From Macrostomum lignano (lineage: Eukaryota), in the NCBI GenBank assembly GCA_002269645.1, contig NIVC01003209.1, forward strand, positions 47,186-111,185: a stretch of DNA of 64,000 bases. The letters run 5' to 3'. Positions within the stretch are counted from its first letter, which is position 1. Each line of letters opens with the position of its first letter. A program made the translations under genes and the position numbers. This document shows positions 50,490 through 64,000 of the stretch, in pieces. A model generated the notes under the pieces. The model ran no database searches and was not told where the DNA came from. It worked only from the letters and a program-made list of their open reading frames with translations.

Positions 50490-51372
50490 GGGTTAGGGTT
50501 AGAACTACGCACAGCTTCGTGTTAAAAGGCACTGATAAAAATATTGAACTAATTGAATCAATTCATTGCGCAACCGATTTCACAGTCAGTCAGTCAGTAT
50601 CAGTCTCAGTTAAAGTTAACAAAAACATTGCACAATATAAATCAACCCTCCAATACACAGCAGCAGTGAGAAGTTGAACCCTCCCCCAACTTTATCTATT
50701 ACGTCTCGCAAAACTGAGTACAATTTTTGCAGAAAGTTAAAAGTATGGAAATAGTTTTTCAAATGCTGTGCTTTTTCTTTTCATATTTAAAGCAAACAAT
50801 TTATATCCCCGAACTCAGCGTTGCAAGATCTTTCCAGCAATATAAGTTTCTCCTCTCAAAGTTTAAAACTCGAGGAACAGTTAGCGTTTGAAACTGTCTG
50901 ATTTATAGCATTGAAGTATCGAGTGTACGTTCACTGCCTGCTTGCAAGTTGATGCATTGAATTTCAATGTCCAACAAATACACAGAGCTGCCCATTGAAA
51001 GGCAAGAAAACTTATCAGTAGCCATATCATTGCGCAATTATCTTTACAGTCAGCCAGTCAGCCAGGGTCCAAGTGTACACACGCAGCCACTGAGAACGCT
51101 CCCACCCCCCACTGGAGAGAAAATACACTACAGAGATAGGGAAAAGTTGTGGCGCAATCACTAAAAATTCATGCATTTTTTCAGCTCCAAGCAGAAAGAA
51201 GGGACAATTAAGATTATCAAAGGTCAAGATTCAAGTTTTCTGCTTTTTTGAGGATCTTAGAAATTAAAATTTCAAAATTAAAATAGCCTATAGCCGACCT
51301 CGGATAATTTCCAATCTTCCCATATAAGTTTCAACGCTGAGTTGCCACTATTCAAGGAGGAGTTGTCGAAAT

Positions 51373-51416
<44 letters not shown>

Positions 51417-54400
51417 ACGCGTCAACTTTAGTATATATAGAAGATAGATAGAAAGATAGATAGATATAGAGAGTGGAACTCCTCCTCTGGAGGAGAAAGG
51501 GGAAGAACTCCCATCACCGGAATTCTGAAGGGGAAGAACTCCCATCAGCTGAAATTCCATGAATTGAATCCCATCTTCCAAATCATCTCCAAATCCTCTA
51601 CAATCTATCAACTCCCATCTCTCATCTCTTGCGCCCTGCGCTCTGATTTTTATTTTTACTTTCTTCTTTCTCCTCACTAATTACTCCTCTCCACTCTTTC
51701 ATCTCTCTCATCTCTGATCTTTCATCTCTCTTCTCCCTCCTCTCTCCCTTCTCTCGCTTCTCTCTCTCTCTCCTCTATTCCTACTCTTCTCGCTTATCTC
51801 TTCTCTCTCTTTTCTCATCTCTACTCCCTTATTTATCTCTTCTCCCTCGTCTTTCGTCTGTACCCTCTCCTGTCTACTCTCCTATCTTCTCTCTTATCTC
51901 TCCCCTTTTCTCTCCTCACTCATATCTCATCTCTACTCACTTATCTATCGTCTCCGCTCTACTTTCTCTCTTCCCTTTTCTCTCTTCTCTCTGCTTTCAT
52001 TTCTCGTATCTCTTATACGCTCTCACCCTCTCCTTTCTTATCTACCATCTTTCTTCCCTCCTTTCTACTTCATCACCTGTCTCCTCTCCTCTCTTTTCTC
52101 TCCTCTCCATTCTCTCTTCTCTCCTTTCATCTCCCCTCATCTCTTCTCTAATCTCTAATCTCTCCTCCCTCATATCTCTTCTCTACTCACTTATCTATTC
52201 TCTCTCCTCTGCTCCCCTTTTACACTTTCCTATATGCTCTCACACTCACCCTCTCCTTTCTTATCTCCTGTTTTTTACACTCCTTTCTACTACCTGTCTC
52301 CTCTCGTTTCTCTCCTCTCTGCACTCTCATCTTTACCCTCTTCTTTCTCCTCACTACTTTCTTCTCTTAAATCTCTGATCTCTGATCTTTCATCTCTCTT
52401 CTCTCACCTCTCTCCTCTCTTGCCTCTCTTCTATTGCCTCTGTACGCTCTTATCCCTCCTTTCTTTTCTCTCCTGTCTCCTCTCTGCTATCTCATATCTC
52501 CTCTCTCATATCCTCTCCCTTCATCTCCTCTCTCCTCTTCTCTTCTCTCTCCTTTGTTCCCGCCTTACTCCCCTCTTCTCTCCCATCTGGCATGTCTAAT
52601 CTCTCCACTCATTTCTACTCTGTTTTCTATCATCTCATCTCTCTTCTCTTTTCATTGTTCTCTTTACTCTCTTCTCTGAGTGATGAAGATGCCAAATCCA
52701 TCAAAATCCTCTCCGCGAAGCAGTCTGTGCAACTGAAAATCAAAATCGTTTCCATAAAACAGAAATCAATCATAAATTATCTCCGCGAAGCAGAAATCCT
52801 GTCCGTGTAACTGAAAACCCATCGAAATCCTCTCCGTGAAACTGGACTCCTTCGAAATCCTCTCCTTGAAACTTAAATCCATCAAAATCGTCTCCATAAA
52901 ACAGAAATCAATCATTAATTATCTCCGCGAAACAGAAATCCTCTCCGTGAAGCTGAACATCATCGAAATCCTCTCCGTGAAACTGAACACCATCGAAATC
53001 CTCTCCACGAAACAGAAATCCTCTCCGTCAAAATTAAAACATTGAAATCGTCTCCGCTAAACTGGACTCAATCGAATTTTTTCCGTCAAACAACTCAACT
53101 CTCCGGATTCATTGGTTAGGGTTAGGGTTAGGGTTAGGGTTAGGGTTAGAACTACGCACAGGTTTGTGTTAAAAGGCACTGATTAAAATATTGAACTAAT
53201 TGAATCAATTCATTGCGCAACTGATTTCACAGTCAGTCAGTCAATCTAAATCAACCCTCCAATACACAGCAGCAGTGAGAAGTTGAACCCTCCCCCCAAC
53301 TTTATCTATTACGTCTCGCAAAACTGAGTACAATCTTTGCAGCAAGTTAAAAGTATGGAAATAGTTTTTCAAATGCTGTGCTTTTTCTTTTTATATTTAA
53401 AGCAAACAACTTATATCCCCGAAGTCAGCGTTGCAAGATCTTTCCAGCAATATAAGTCTCTCCTCTCAAAGTTTAAAACTCGAGGAACAGTTAGCGTTTG
53501 AAATTTACCGATTTCCCGACTTCTTGCTAGAGATGCTTGCAAGTTTATTCATTGAATTTCACTGCCCACCTAATACACAGGGCCGATAATAAAACCAATT
53601 GAATCTCGGTACAGTTCTATCTGTTTACAACAGCTATGTACACTCAGCCCAAGCCCAACCCCCCCGTTCCGGGGGAATCATTGAATTTAACTCAACCCCT
53701 CAACTCGCGGGGGGTTTTATTTGCATTGAACGCAGAACACGCGCACCCACCACCCCTAAATACACAGCGGCTCGCGGGCGGAGGTTGGGGTGGCTATTTT
53801 TACAAACTGGCTGAAGCCCTAGGCAGAGTAGCAAAAGAAGGTTATTGGGGGTCAAAAAGGCAGTTTTCTGCTTTTTTGAGGATCTTAGAAATTAAAATTT
53901 CAGAATTAAAATAGCCTATAGCCGACCTCGGATAATTTCCAATCTTCCCATATAAGTTTCAACGCTGAGTTGCCACTATTCAAGGAGGAGTTGTCGAAAT
54001 GACAGACAGACAAACAACGCGTGAACTTTAGTATATGTACGAGTGGAACTCCTCCTTCGGAGGAGAAAGGGGAAGAACTCCCATCACCGGAATTCCATTC
54101 CCTGAAATATCCATCAACTGAAATTCCATGTCTTGAACCCTATCTTCCAAATCGTCTCCAAATTCTTTAGAAAACCTTTCAAAGACCATAGCTCAAAGAC
54201 TCTCACGTCTCTCATATCTACTCTCTCCACTCTGTGCTATTATCGTGACTCTCTTCTCTCTCCTCTCTCTCATCTCATCTCTACCCGTACTCCCTTATTT
54301 ATGTTTTCTCCCTCGTCTTTCGTCTGTACCCTCTCCTGTCTCTTGTCTCCTCTCTTCTCTCATATCTCTCCTCTTCACTTCTGTCTCCTGTCTTCTCTCT

Positions 54401-57400
54401 TCTCTCTTATCTCTCCCTCTTCTCTCCTCTTTTATATGTCATCCCTATTCACTTATCTATCGTCTCTCTTAACCCTCTCTCTCTTCTCTTTTCTTTCCTC
54501 TCTGCTCTCATTTCTCATATCTCATATACGCTCTCACACTCCACTTACTTGTTTCCAATCTTTCTTTCCTCCTTTCCACTTTTCCCTGTCTCTTCTCTTC
54601 TCTCTTTTCTATCCTCTCCATTCTCTCTTTTCTCCTCCCCTTGCTCCTTTTATCTTCTCCCCTCTCTTCTCTAATCTCTTCTCTCTTCTCTCTTATGTTC
54701 TCACTCATCTCTTATCATCGCATCTCTCATCTCTCCTCTCCTCACTACTTTCCTCTCTTAACTCTCTTATCTATTTCATCTCTCTCCTCTCTCCTCTTTC
54801 TCTTCTCCTCTCGCTTCTTCTCTCGCTTCTCTCTCCTATCTCTCCTCTCATCTCTACTACCGTATTTATATCTTCTAACTGGTCCTTCGTCTCTACTCTC
54901 TCCTTTCTCCTTTCTCCCCTCTTTTCTCCTTTCTTGTCTCTCCTGTCTCCCCTCCTCTCTCATCCCTCATCCCCTCATCTCACTCTTTCTTTCTCCTCTA
55001 CTCTCCCCTCTCTTCTATTTTCTCTGTACGCTCTTATCCCTAATCTATTTTCTCTCCTCTCTCCTCTTTTCTTCTCTCTCCCTCTTCGTTCCCGCCTAAA
55101 TCCCCTCTTCTCTCCAATCTGTCATGTCTAATATCTCCACTTATTTCTACTCTGTTTTCTATCATCTCATCTCTCTTCTGCTTTCATTTTTCTCTTTACT
55201 CTTTTCTCTGACTGATTGAAGATGCCAAATCCATCAAGATCCTCTCCGCGAAGCAGAAATCCTGTCCGTGCAACTGAAAACCATCGAAATCCTCTCCGTG
55301 AAACTGGACTCCTTCGAAATCCTTTCCGTGAAACTGAAAACCATCGAAATTCTCTCTTTTAAACTGGACTCAATCGAAATTTTCTCCGTCAAAAAAAATA
55401 AATATCAGGATTCATTGGTTAGGGTTATTGTTAGGGTTAGGGTTAGGGTTAAAGCTACACACAGCTGCGTGTTCAAATAAAAAATTGAACCAATTGAATC
55501 AATTGATTGCGCAACCGATTTCTCAGTCAGTCAGTATCAGTCTCAGTTAAAGTTAAGAAAAACATTGCGCAATCTAAATCAACCCTCCAATACACAGCAG
55601 CAGTGAGAAGTTGAACTCTCCCCCCAACTTTATCTATTACGTCTCGCAAAACTGAGTACAATTTTTGCAGAAAGTTAAAAGTATGGAAATAGTTTTTTCA
55701 ATGCTGTGCTTTTTCTTTTCATATTTAAAGCAAACAATTTATATCCCTGAAATCAGCTTTGCAAGTTCTTTCCAGCAATATTAATTTTTTCTCTCAAAGT
55801 TAAAAACTCGAGCAACAGTTTGCGTTTGAAAGTTTCTGATTTAAAGCATTGAAATATAAATTGTACGTTCACTGCCTGCTAAAGAGGCCCGCAAGTTTAT
55901 GCATTGAATTTCAAGGTTCAACAAAACACAGGGCTGCCTATTGAAAATTAGAACACAAATCTTTGCGCAATTGTCTATAAAGTCAGCCGGTGAGCCAGGG
56001 TCCGATTGTACACATGCAGCCATTTAGAACGCCCCATCCCCCCACTGGAGAGAAAATACACTGCCAAGGTAGCAAAATTTTATGGCGCAATCACTTAAAA
56101 TTCATGCAAATTTTCAGCTCCGAGCAGAAAGAGGGGACAAAAAGGATTATCAAAGGTCAAGATTCGAGTTTTCTGCTTTTTTTGAGGATCTTAGAAATTA
56201 AAATTTTAGAATTAAAATAGCCTATAGCCGACCTCGGATAATTTCCAATCTTCCCATATAAGTTTCAACGCTGAGTTGCCACTATTCAAGGAGGAGTTGT
56301 CGAAATGACAGACAGACAGACAGACAAACAACACGTCAACTTTAGTATATACGAGTGGAACTCCTCCTCTGGAGGAGAAATGGGAAGAACTCCCATCACC
56401 GGAATTCTGAAGGGGAAAAACTCCCATCACCGGAATTCTGAAGGGGAAGAACTCCTATCAGCTGAAATTCAATGAATTGAATCCCATCTTCCAAATCATC
56501 TCCAAATCCTCTACAATCTATCAACTCCCATCTCTCAACTCTTGCGGCCTGCGCTCTGATTTTTATTTTTACTCTCTTCTTTCTCCTCACTAATTACTTC
56601 TCTCTGCACTTTTATCTCTCTCATCTCTATCTTCCATCTCTCTTCTCCCTCCTCTCTCCCCTGCTCTCTCATCCCTCATCTCCTCATCTCACTCTTTCTT
56701 TCTCCTCTCTTCTATTGCCTCTGTACGCTCTTATCCCTCATCTATTCTCTCTCCTATCATCTCCAATCTGTCATGTCTAATCTCTCCACTCAATTATACT
56801 CTGTTTTCTATCATCTCTTCTCTCTTCTCTTCTTTTTTTTTTCTTTACTCTCTTCTCTGACTGATTGAAGATGCCAAATCCATCAAGATCCTCTCCGCGA
56901 AGCAAAAATCCTGTCTGTGCAACTAAAAACCATCGAAATCCTCTCAGTGAAACTGGACTCCTTCGAAATCCTCTCCTTGAAACTTAAATCCATCAAAATT
57001 GTTTCCATAAAACAGAAATCAATCATAAATTATCTCCGCGAAACAGAAAGCCTCTCCGTGAAGCTGAACATGATCGAAATCCTCTCCGTGAAACTGAACA
57101 CCATGGAAATCCTTTCGTGAAACTGAACATCATCGAAATCCTCTCCACGAAACAGAAATCTTCTCCGTCAGAATTTAAACATTGAAATCGTCTCCGCTAA
57201 ACTTGACTTAATCGAATTTTTTCCGTCAAACAACTCAACTCGCCAGATTCATTAGGGTTAGGGTTAGGGTTAGGGTTAGGGTTAGAACTACGCACAGCTT
57301 CGTGTTAAAAGGCACTGATAAAAATATTGAATTAATTGAATCAAATCATTGCGCAACCGATTTCACAGTCAGTCAGTATCAGTCTCAGTTAAAGTTAACA

Positions 57401-60400
57401 AAAACATTGCGCAATCTAAATCAACCCTCCAATACACAGCAGCAGTGAGAAGTTGAACCCTCCCCCAACTTTATCTATTACGTCTCGCAAAACTGAGTAC
57501 AATTTTTGCAGAAAGTTAAAAGTATGGAAATAGTTTTTTAAATGCGGTGCTTTTTCTTTTCATATTTAAAGCAAACAACTTATATCCCTAAACTCAGCGT
57601 TGCAAGATCTTTCCAGCAATATAAGTCTCTCCTCTCAAAGTTTAAAACTCAAGGAGCAGTTAGCGTTTGAAATTTACCGATTTCCTGACTGCTTGCCTGT
57701 GAGGCTCGCAATTTTGTACATTGAATTTCACTGCCAAGCTAATACACAGGGCCGATAATAAAAAAGCTAACCAATTGAATCAATTGATTGCGCAATATAT
57801 TTCTGTGTTAGTCAGTATAAGTCTCAGTTAAAGTTAACACAAAGTTTGCGCAATCTAATCAACCCTCCAATACAAAGCAACTGACCCCCTTCCTATACAC
57901 AGCGCCAGTTAGAAGTCGAAACCCCCAACTTTATCTCTCACCTCTCGCCAAAATGAGTACAATCTTTGCAGAAAGTTTAAAGTATGGAAATAGTTTTTGC
58001 AATGCAGAGCTTTTAGTTTTCATATTTGAAGCAAACAATTTATATCCCTGAAATCAGCTTTGCAAGTTCTTTCCAGCAATATAAATTTTTTCTCTCAAAG
58101 TTAAAAACTCGAGCAACAGTTTGCGTTTGAAACTTTCTGATTTAAAGCATTGAAATATCGATTGTACGTTCACTGCCTGCTAAAGAGGCCCGCAAGTTTA
58201 TGCATTGAATTTCAAGGTTCAACAAAATCACAGGGCTGCCTATTGAAAATTAGAACACAAATCTTTGCGCAATTGTCTATACAGTCAGCCAGTGAGCCAG
58301 GGTCCGATTGTACACAGGCAGCCATTTAGAACGCCCCATCCCCCCACTGGAGAGAAAATACACTGCAGAGATAGGGAAAAGTTGTGGCGCAATCACTTGA
58401 AATTCATGCAAATTTTCAGCTCCAAGCAGAAAGAGGGGACAATTAAGATTATCAAAGGTCAAGACCGCCGTTTTCTGCTTTTTGAGGATCTTAGAAATTA
58501 AAATTTCAGAATTAAAATAGCCTATAGCCGACCTCGGATAATTTCCAATCTTCCCATATAAGTTTCAACGCTGAGTTGCCACTATTCAAGGAGGAGTTGT
58601 CGAAATGACACACACACACACAGACAGACAGACAAACAACGCGTGAACTTTAGTATATGTACGAGGCCAACTCCTCCTTCGGAGAAGAAAGGGGAAGAAC
58701 TCCAATCAGCGGAATTCCATTCCCTGAACTCCATCAGCGGAATCCCATTTTCCAACACCTCTCCGCGCAACAGAAATCGTCTCCGTGAAACTGAACACTA
58801 TCGAAATCCTCTCCGTGAAACTGAACACCATCGAAATATTCTCCGCGAAATAGAAATCCTCTCCGTGAAACTGGACTAAATCGAAATTTCTACGTCAAAT
58901 AGCCCAGCTCTCAGAATTCATTGGTTAGGGTTAGGGTTAGGGTTGACAGCTGCGTGTTGAAAGGCGCCGTAAAAACATTGAACCAATTAAATTGCGCAAC
59001 TTATTTCTCAGGCAGTCAGTATCAGCCTCAGTTAAAGTTAACAAAAAGATTGCGCAATCTAAATCAACCCTCAAATACACAGCAACCGACCCCCCTTCCA
59101 ATACGCAGTGCAGCTAGAAATTGAACTCCCCCCCACCAACTATTGGGGGTCGGTCGAACCCCCATTGAACTCCAAAATGAGCACAATCTTTGCAGAAAGC
59201 TAAAAGTATGAAAATCTTTTCTTGAATGCTGTGAATTTAATTTTCATATTTAAAGCAAAAAACTTATATCCCCGAACTCATTGCAGCAAGATCTTTCCAG
59301 CAATATAAGTCTCTCCTCTCTAAGTTCAAAACTCGAGCAACAGTTAGTGTTTGAAACTTTCTGATTTTAAGCATTGAAATATCGAGTGTACGTTCACTGC
59401 CTGCTAAAGATGCTCGCAAGTTTATGCATTAAAATGCACTGAATTTCACTGTGCAAAAAATACACAGGGCTTCCTGTTAAAAAACAGAACACAAATAGTT
59501 GCGCAATTGTCTATAAAGTCAGTCAGTGAGCCAGGGTTCAAGTGTACACACGCAGCCACTGAGAACGCGACCATCCCCCACTTGAGAGAAAATACACTGC
59601 CAAGATAGAAAAATTTTATGGCGCAATCACTAAAATTGATGCAAATTTTCAGCTCCAAGCAGAAAGAGGGGACAATTAAGATTATCAAAGGTCAAGACCG
59701 CCGTTTTCTGCTTTTTTGAGGATCTTAAAAATTGAAAATGAAAGATTAAAATAGCCTAAAGCCATCCTCGGAAAATTTGCAGTTTTCCCATATAAGTTTC
59801 AACGCTGACTTGCAAGTATTCTAGGAGGAGTTATCCAACAAACACACACACACACAGACAAACAACGCACCAGTTTTAGTATTAAGACGAGTGGAACTCC
59901 TCCTTCGGAGGAGAAAGGGGAAGAACTTCCATCACCGGAATTCCATTCCCTGAAATATCCATCAACTGAAATTCCATGTCTTGAACCCTATCTTCCAAAT
60001 CGTCTCCAAATTCTTTAGAAAACTTTCAAAGACCATAGCTCAAAGACCTCACGTCTCTTATATCTACTCTCTCCACTCTGTGCTATTATCGTGACTCTCT
60101 TCTCTCTCCTCTCTCTCATCTCATCTCTACCCGTACTCCCTTATTTATGTTTTCTCCCTCGTCTTTCGTCTGTACCCTCTCCTGTCTCTTGTCTCATCTC
60201 TTCTCTCATATCTCTCCTCTTCACTTCTGTCTCCTGTCTTCTCTCTTCTCTCTTATCTCTCCCTCTTCTCTCCTCTTTTATATGTCATCCCTATTCACTT
60301 ATCTACGTCTCTCTTAACCCTCTCTCTCTTCTCTTTTCTTTCCTCTCTGCTCTCATTTCTCATATCTCATATACGCTCTCACACTCCACTTACTTGTCTC

Positions 60401-63400
60401 CAATCTTTCTTTCCTCCTTTCCACTTTTCCCTGTCTCTTCTCTTCTCTCTTTTCTATCCTCTCCATTCTCTCTTTTCTCCTCCCTTGCTCCTTTTATCTT
60501 CTCCCCTCTCTTCTCTAATCTCTTCTCTCTTATGTTCTCACTCATCTCTTATCATCGCATCTCTCATCTCTCCTCTCCTCACTACTTTCCTCTCTTAACT
60601 CTCTTATCTATTTCATCTCTCTCCTCTCTCCTCTTTCTCTTCTCCTCTCGCTTCTTCTCTCGCTTCTCTCTCCTATCTCTCCTCTCATCTCTACTACCGT
60701 ATTTATATCTTCTAACTGGTCCTTCGTCTCTACTCTCTCCTTTCTCCTTTCTCCCCTCTTTTCTCCTTTCTTGTCTCTCCTGTCTCCCCTCCTCTCTCAT
60801 CCCTCATCCCCTCATCTCACTCTTTCTTTCTCTCTACTCTCCCCTCTCTTCTATTTTCTCTGTACGCTCTTATCCCTAATCTATTTTCTCTCCTCTCTCC
60901 TCTTTTCTTCTCTCTCCCTCTTCGTTCCCGCCTAAATCCCCTCTTCTCTCCAATCTGTCATGTCTAATATCTCCACTTATTTCTACTCTGTTTTCTATCA
61001 TCTCATCTCTCTTCTGCTTTCATTTTTCTCTTTACTCTTTTCTCTGACTGATTGAAGATGCCAAATCCATCAAGATCCTCTCCGCGAAGCAGAAATCCTG
61101 TCCGTGCAACTGAAAACCATCGAAATCCTCTCCGTGAAACTGGACTCCTTCGAAATCCTTTCCGTGAAACTGAAAACCATCGAAATTCTCTCTTTTAAAC
61201 TGGACTCAATCGAAATTTTCTCCGTCAAAAAAATAAATATCAGGATTCATTGGTTAGGGTTTTTGTTAGGGTTAGGGTTAGGGTTAAAGCTACACACAGC
61301 TGCGTGTTCAAATAAAAATTGAACCAATTGAATCAATTGATTGCGCAACCGATTTCTTAGTCAGTCAGTATCAGTCTCAGTTAAAGTTAACAAAAAGATT
61401 GCGCAATCTAAATCAACCCTCCAGTACACAGAGACCGACCTCTTTTCAATACGCAGTAGCAGTTAGAAATTGAACGCCGAACTGTTGGGGGCATTGAACC
61501 AAAAAATGAGTACAATCTTTGCATAAAGCTAAAAGTATGGAAATAGTTTTTTTGATGCTGCTCTTTTAGTCTTTATATTTATAGCAAACAATTTATATCC
61601 TCGAACTCAGCGTTGCAAGATCTTTTCAGCAGGATAAGTATCTTCTCTTAAAGTTTAGAACTCGAAGAGCAGTTAGCGTTTGAAAGTTCCCGTTTTAAGG
61701 CATTGAAATATCGAGTGTACGTTCACTGCCTGCCAAAGAGGCTCGCAAATTTATTCATTCATTACACAGGCTGGCTATTACACAGGGCAGCCTATTGAAA
61801 GGCACAGATAATAAAACAAATTGATGGCGCAACCGATTTCACAGTCAGTCAGTATCAGTCTCAGTTAAAGTTAACAAAAACATTGCGCAATCTAAATCAA
61901 CCCTCCAATACACAGCAGCAGTAAGAAGTTGAACCCTCCCCCAAACTTTATCTATTACGTCTCGCAAAACTGAGTACAATTTTTGCAGCAAAGTTAAAAG
62001 TATGGAAATAGTTTTTTCAATGCTGTGCTTTTTCTTTTCATATTTAAAGCAAACAATTTATATCCCTGAAATCAGCTTTGCAAGTTCTTTCCAGCAATAT
62101 TAATTTTTTCTCTCAAAGTTAAAAACTCGAGCAACAGTTAGCGTTTGAAACTTTCTGATTTAAAGCATTGAAATATCGATTGTACGTTCACTGCCTGCTA
62201 AAGAGGCCCGCAAGTTTATGCATTGAATTTCAAGGTTCAACAAAATCACAGGGCTGCCTATTGAAAATTAGAACACAAATCTTTGCGCAATTGTCTATAA
62301 AGTCAGCCGGTGAGCCAGGGTCCGATTGTACACATGCAGCCATTTAGAACGCCCCATCCCCCCACTGGAGAGAAAATACACTGCCAAGGTAGCAAAATTT
62401 TATGGCGCAATCACTTAAAATTCATGCAAATTTTCAGCTCCGAGCAGAAAGAGGGACAATTAAGATTATCAAAGGTCAAGATTCAAGTTTTCTGCTTTTT
62501 TGAGGATCTTAGAAATTAAAATTTCAGAATTAAAATAGCCTATAGCCGACCTCGGATAATTTCCAATCTTCCCATATAAGTTTCAACGCTGAGTTGCCAC
62601 TATTCAAGGAGGAGTTGTCGAAATGACAGACAGACAGACAAACAACGCGTCAACTTTAGTATATACGAGTGGAACTCCTCCTTCGGAGGAGAAAGGGGAA
62701 GAACTCCCATCACCGGAATTCCATTCCCTGAAATATCCATCAACTGAAATTCCATGTCTTGAACCCTATCTTCCAAATCGTCTCCAAATTCTTTAGAAAA
62801 CTTTCAAAGACCATAGCTCAAAGACTCTCACGTCTCTCATATCTACTCTCTCCACTCTGTGCTATTATCGTGACTCTCTTCTCTCTCCTCTCTCTCATCT
62901 CATCTCTACCCGTACTCCCTTATTATGTTTTCTCCCTCGTCTTTCGTCTGTACCCTCTCCTGTCTCTTGTCTCCTCTCTTCTCTCATATCTCTCCTCTTC
63001 ACTTCTGTCTCCTGTCTCCTCTCTTCTCTCTTATCTCTCCCTCTTCTCTCCTCTTTTATATGTCATCCCTATTCACTTATCTATCGTCTCTCTTAACCCT
63101 CTCTCTCTTCTCTTTTCTTTCCTCTCTGCTCTCATTTCTCATATCTCATATACGCTCTCACACTCACTTACTTGTCTCAATCTTTCTTTCCTCCTTTCCA
63201 CTTTTCCCTGTCTCTTCTCTTCTCTCTTTTCTATCCTCTCCATTCTCTTCTTTTCTCCCCTTTCTCCTTTTATCTTCTCCCTCTCTTCTCTAATCTCTTC
63301 TCTCTTCTCTCTTATGCTTCTCACTCATCTCTTATCATCGCATCTCTCATCTCTCCTCTCCTCACTACTTTCCTCTCTTAACTCTCTTATCTATTTCATC

Positions 63401-64000
63401 TCTCTCCTCTCTCCTCTTTCTCTTCTCCTCTCGCTTCTTTTCTCTCGCTTCTCTCTCCTATCTCTCCTCTCATCTCTACTACCGTATTTATATCTTCTAA
63501 CTGGTCCTTCGTCTCTACTCTCTCCTTTCTCCTTTCTCCCCTCTTTTCTCCTTTCTTGTCTCTCTGTCTCCCCTCCTCTCTCATCCCTCATCCCCTCATT
63601 CTCACTCTTTCTTTCTCCTCTACTCCCCTCTCTTCTATTTTCTCTGTACGCTCTTATCCCTAATCTATTTTCTCTCCTCTCTCCTCTTTTCTTCTCTCTC
63701 CCTCTTCGTTCCCGCCTAAATCCCCTCTTCTCTCCAATCTGTCATGTCTAATATCTCCACTTATTTCTACTCTGTTTTCTATCATCTCATCTCTCTTCTG
63801 CTTTCATTTTCTCTTTACTCTTTTCTCTGACTGATTGAAGATGCAAATCCATCAAGATCCTCTCCGCGAAGCAGAAATCCTGTCCGTGCAACTGAAAACC
63901 ATCGAAATCCTCTCGTGAAACTGGACTCCTTCGAAATCCTTTCCGTGAAACTGAAAACCATCGAAATTCTCTCTTTTAAAACTGGACTCAATCGAAATTT

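Larger units (their letters stand above)
33400..64000. repeat. Compound tandem macro-array, about nine units of 1.7-2.7 kb
   Basis: Typical unit: AT-rich segment, (GACA)n/(CA)n tract, ~0.4-1.5-kb polypyrimidine block (missing in one unit), GATTGAAGATGCCAAATCC start of 30-bp repeats (AAACTGAACACCATCGAAATCCTCTCCRYG), then (TTAGGG)2-5. TTAGGG tracts at ~35635, 37802, 45699/50490, 53115, 55419, 57252, 58925 and 61254. Confidence 0.92.

Noticed and set aside
35635-61285. True telomere
   Set aside because: The TTAGGG tracts are only 2-5 units long and internal.

Overview
AT-rich eukaryotic (probably animal) genomic DNA made up almost entirely of nested mobile elements. 1-~8.6 kb is part of a decaying endogenous Polinton/adintovirus-type DNA virus. 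It carries a PLA2-integrase fusion, a putative PD-(D/E)xK nuclease, major capsid, packaging ATPase, minor capsid, adenain-like protease and a fibre-like protein with discoidin and lectin domains. The main result is a 337-nt ORF-less group I intron (IC1-like; minus strand, 752-416) that splits the PLA2 Ca-binding loop (NFTG|PGT). P1, P3-P9 and a P5abc domain can be folded by eye, with compensatory changes in P7, and the terminal nucleotide is A instead of the usual G. To the right lie a one-LTR Gypsy pseudo-element (9.6-15.1 kb), an 8.4-kb CACTA/EnSpm-type transposon with a nested solo LTR and an intact spliced accessory gene, a hAT deletion derivative and several MITEs. From ~33.4 kb to the end is a compound tandem array of 1.7-2.7-kb units, each with a polypyrimidine block, 30-bp repeats and a short (TTAGGG)n tract. 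The array is interrupted by a satellite-laden non-autonomous Helitron and a recent Copia element inserted inside a TTAGGG tract. All family assignments come from motif recognition only; no database searches were run.
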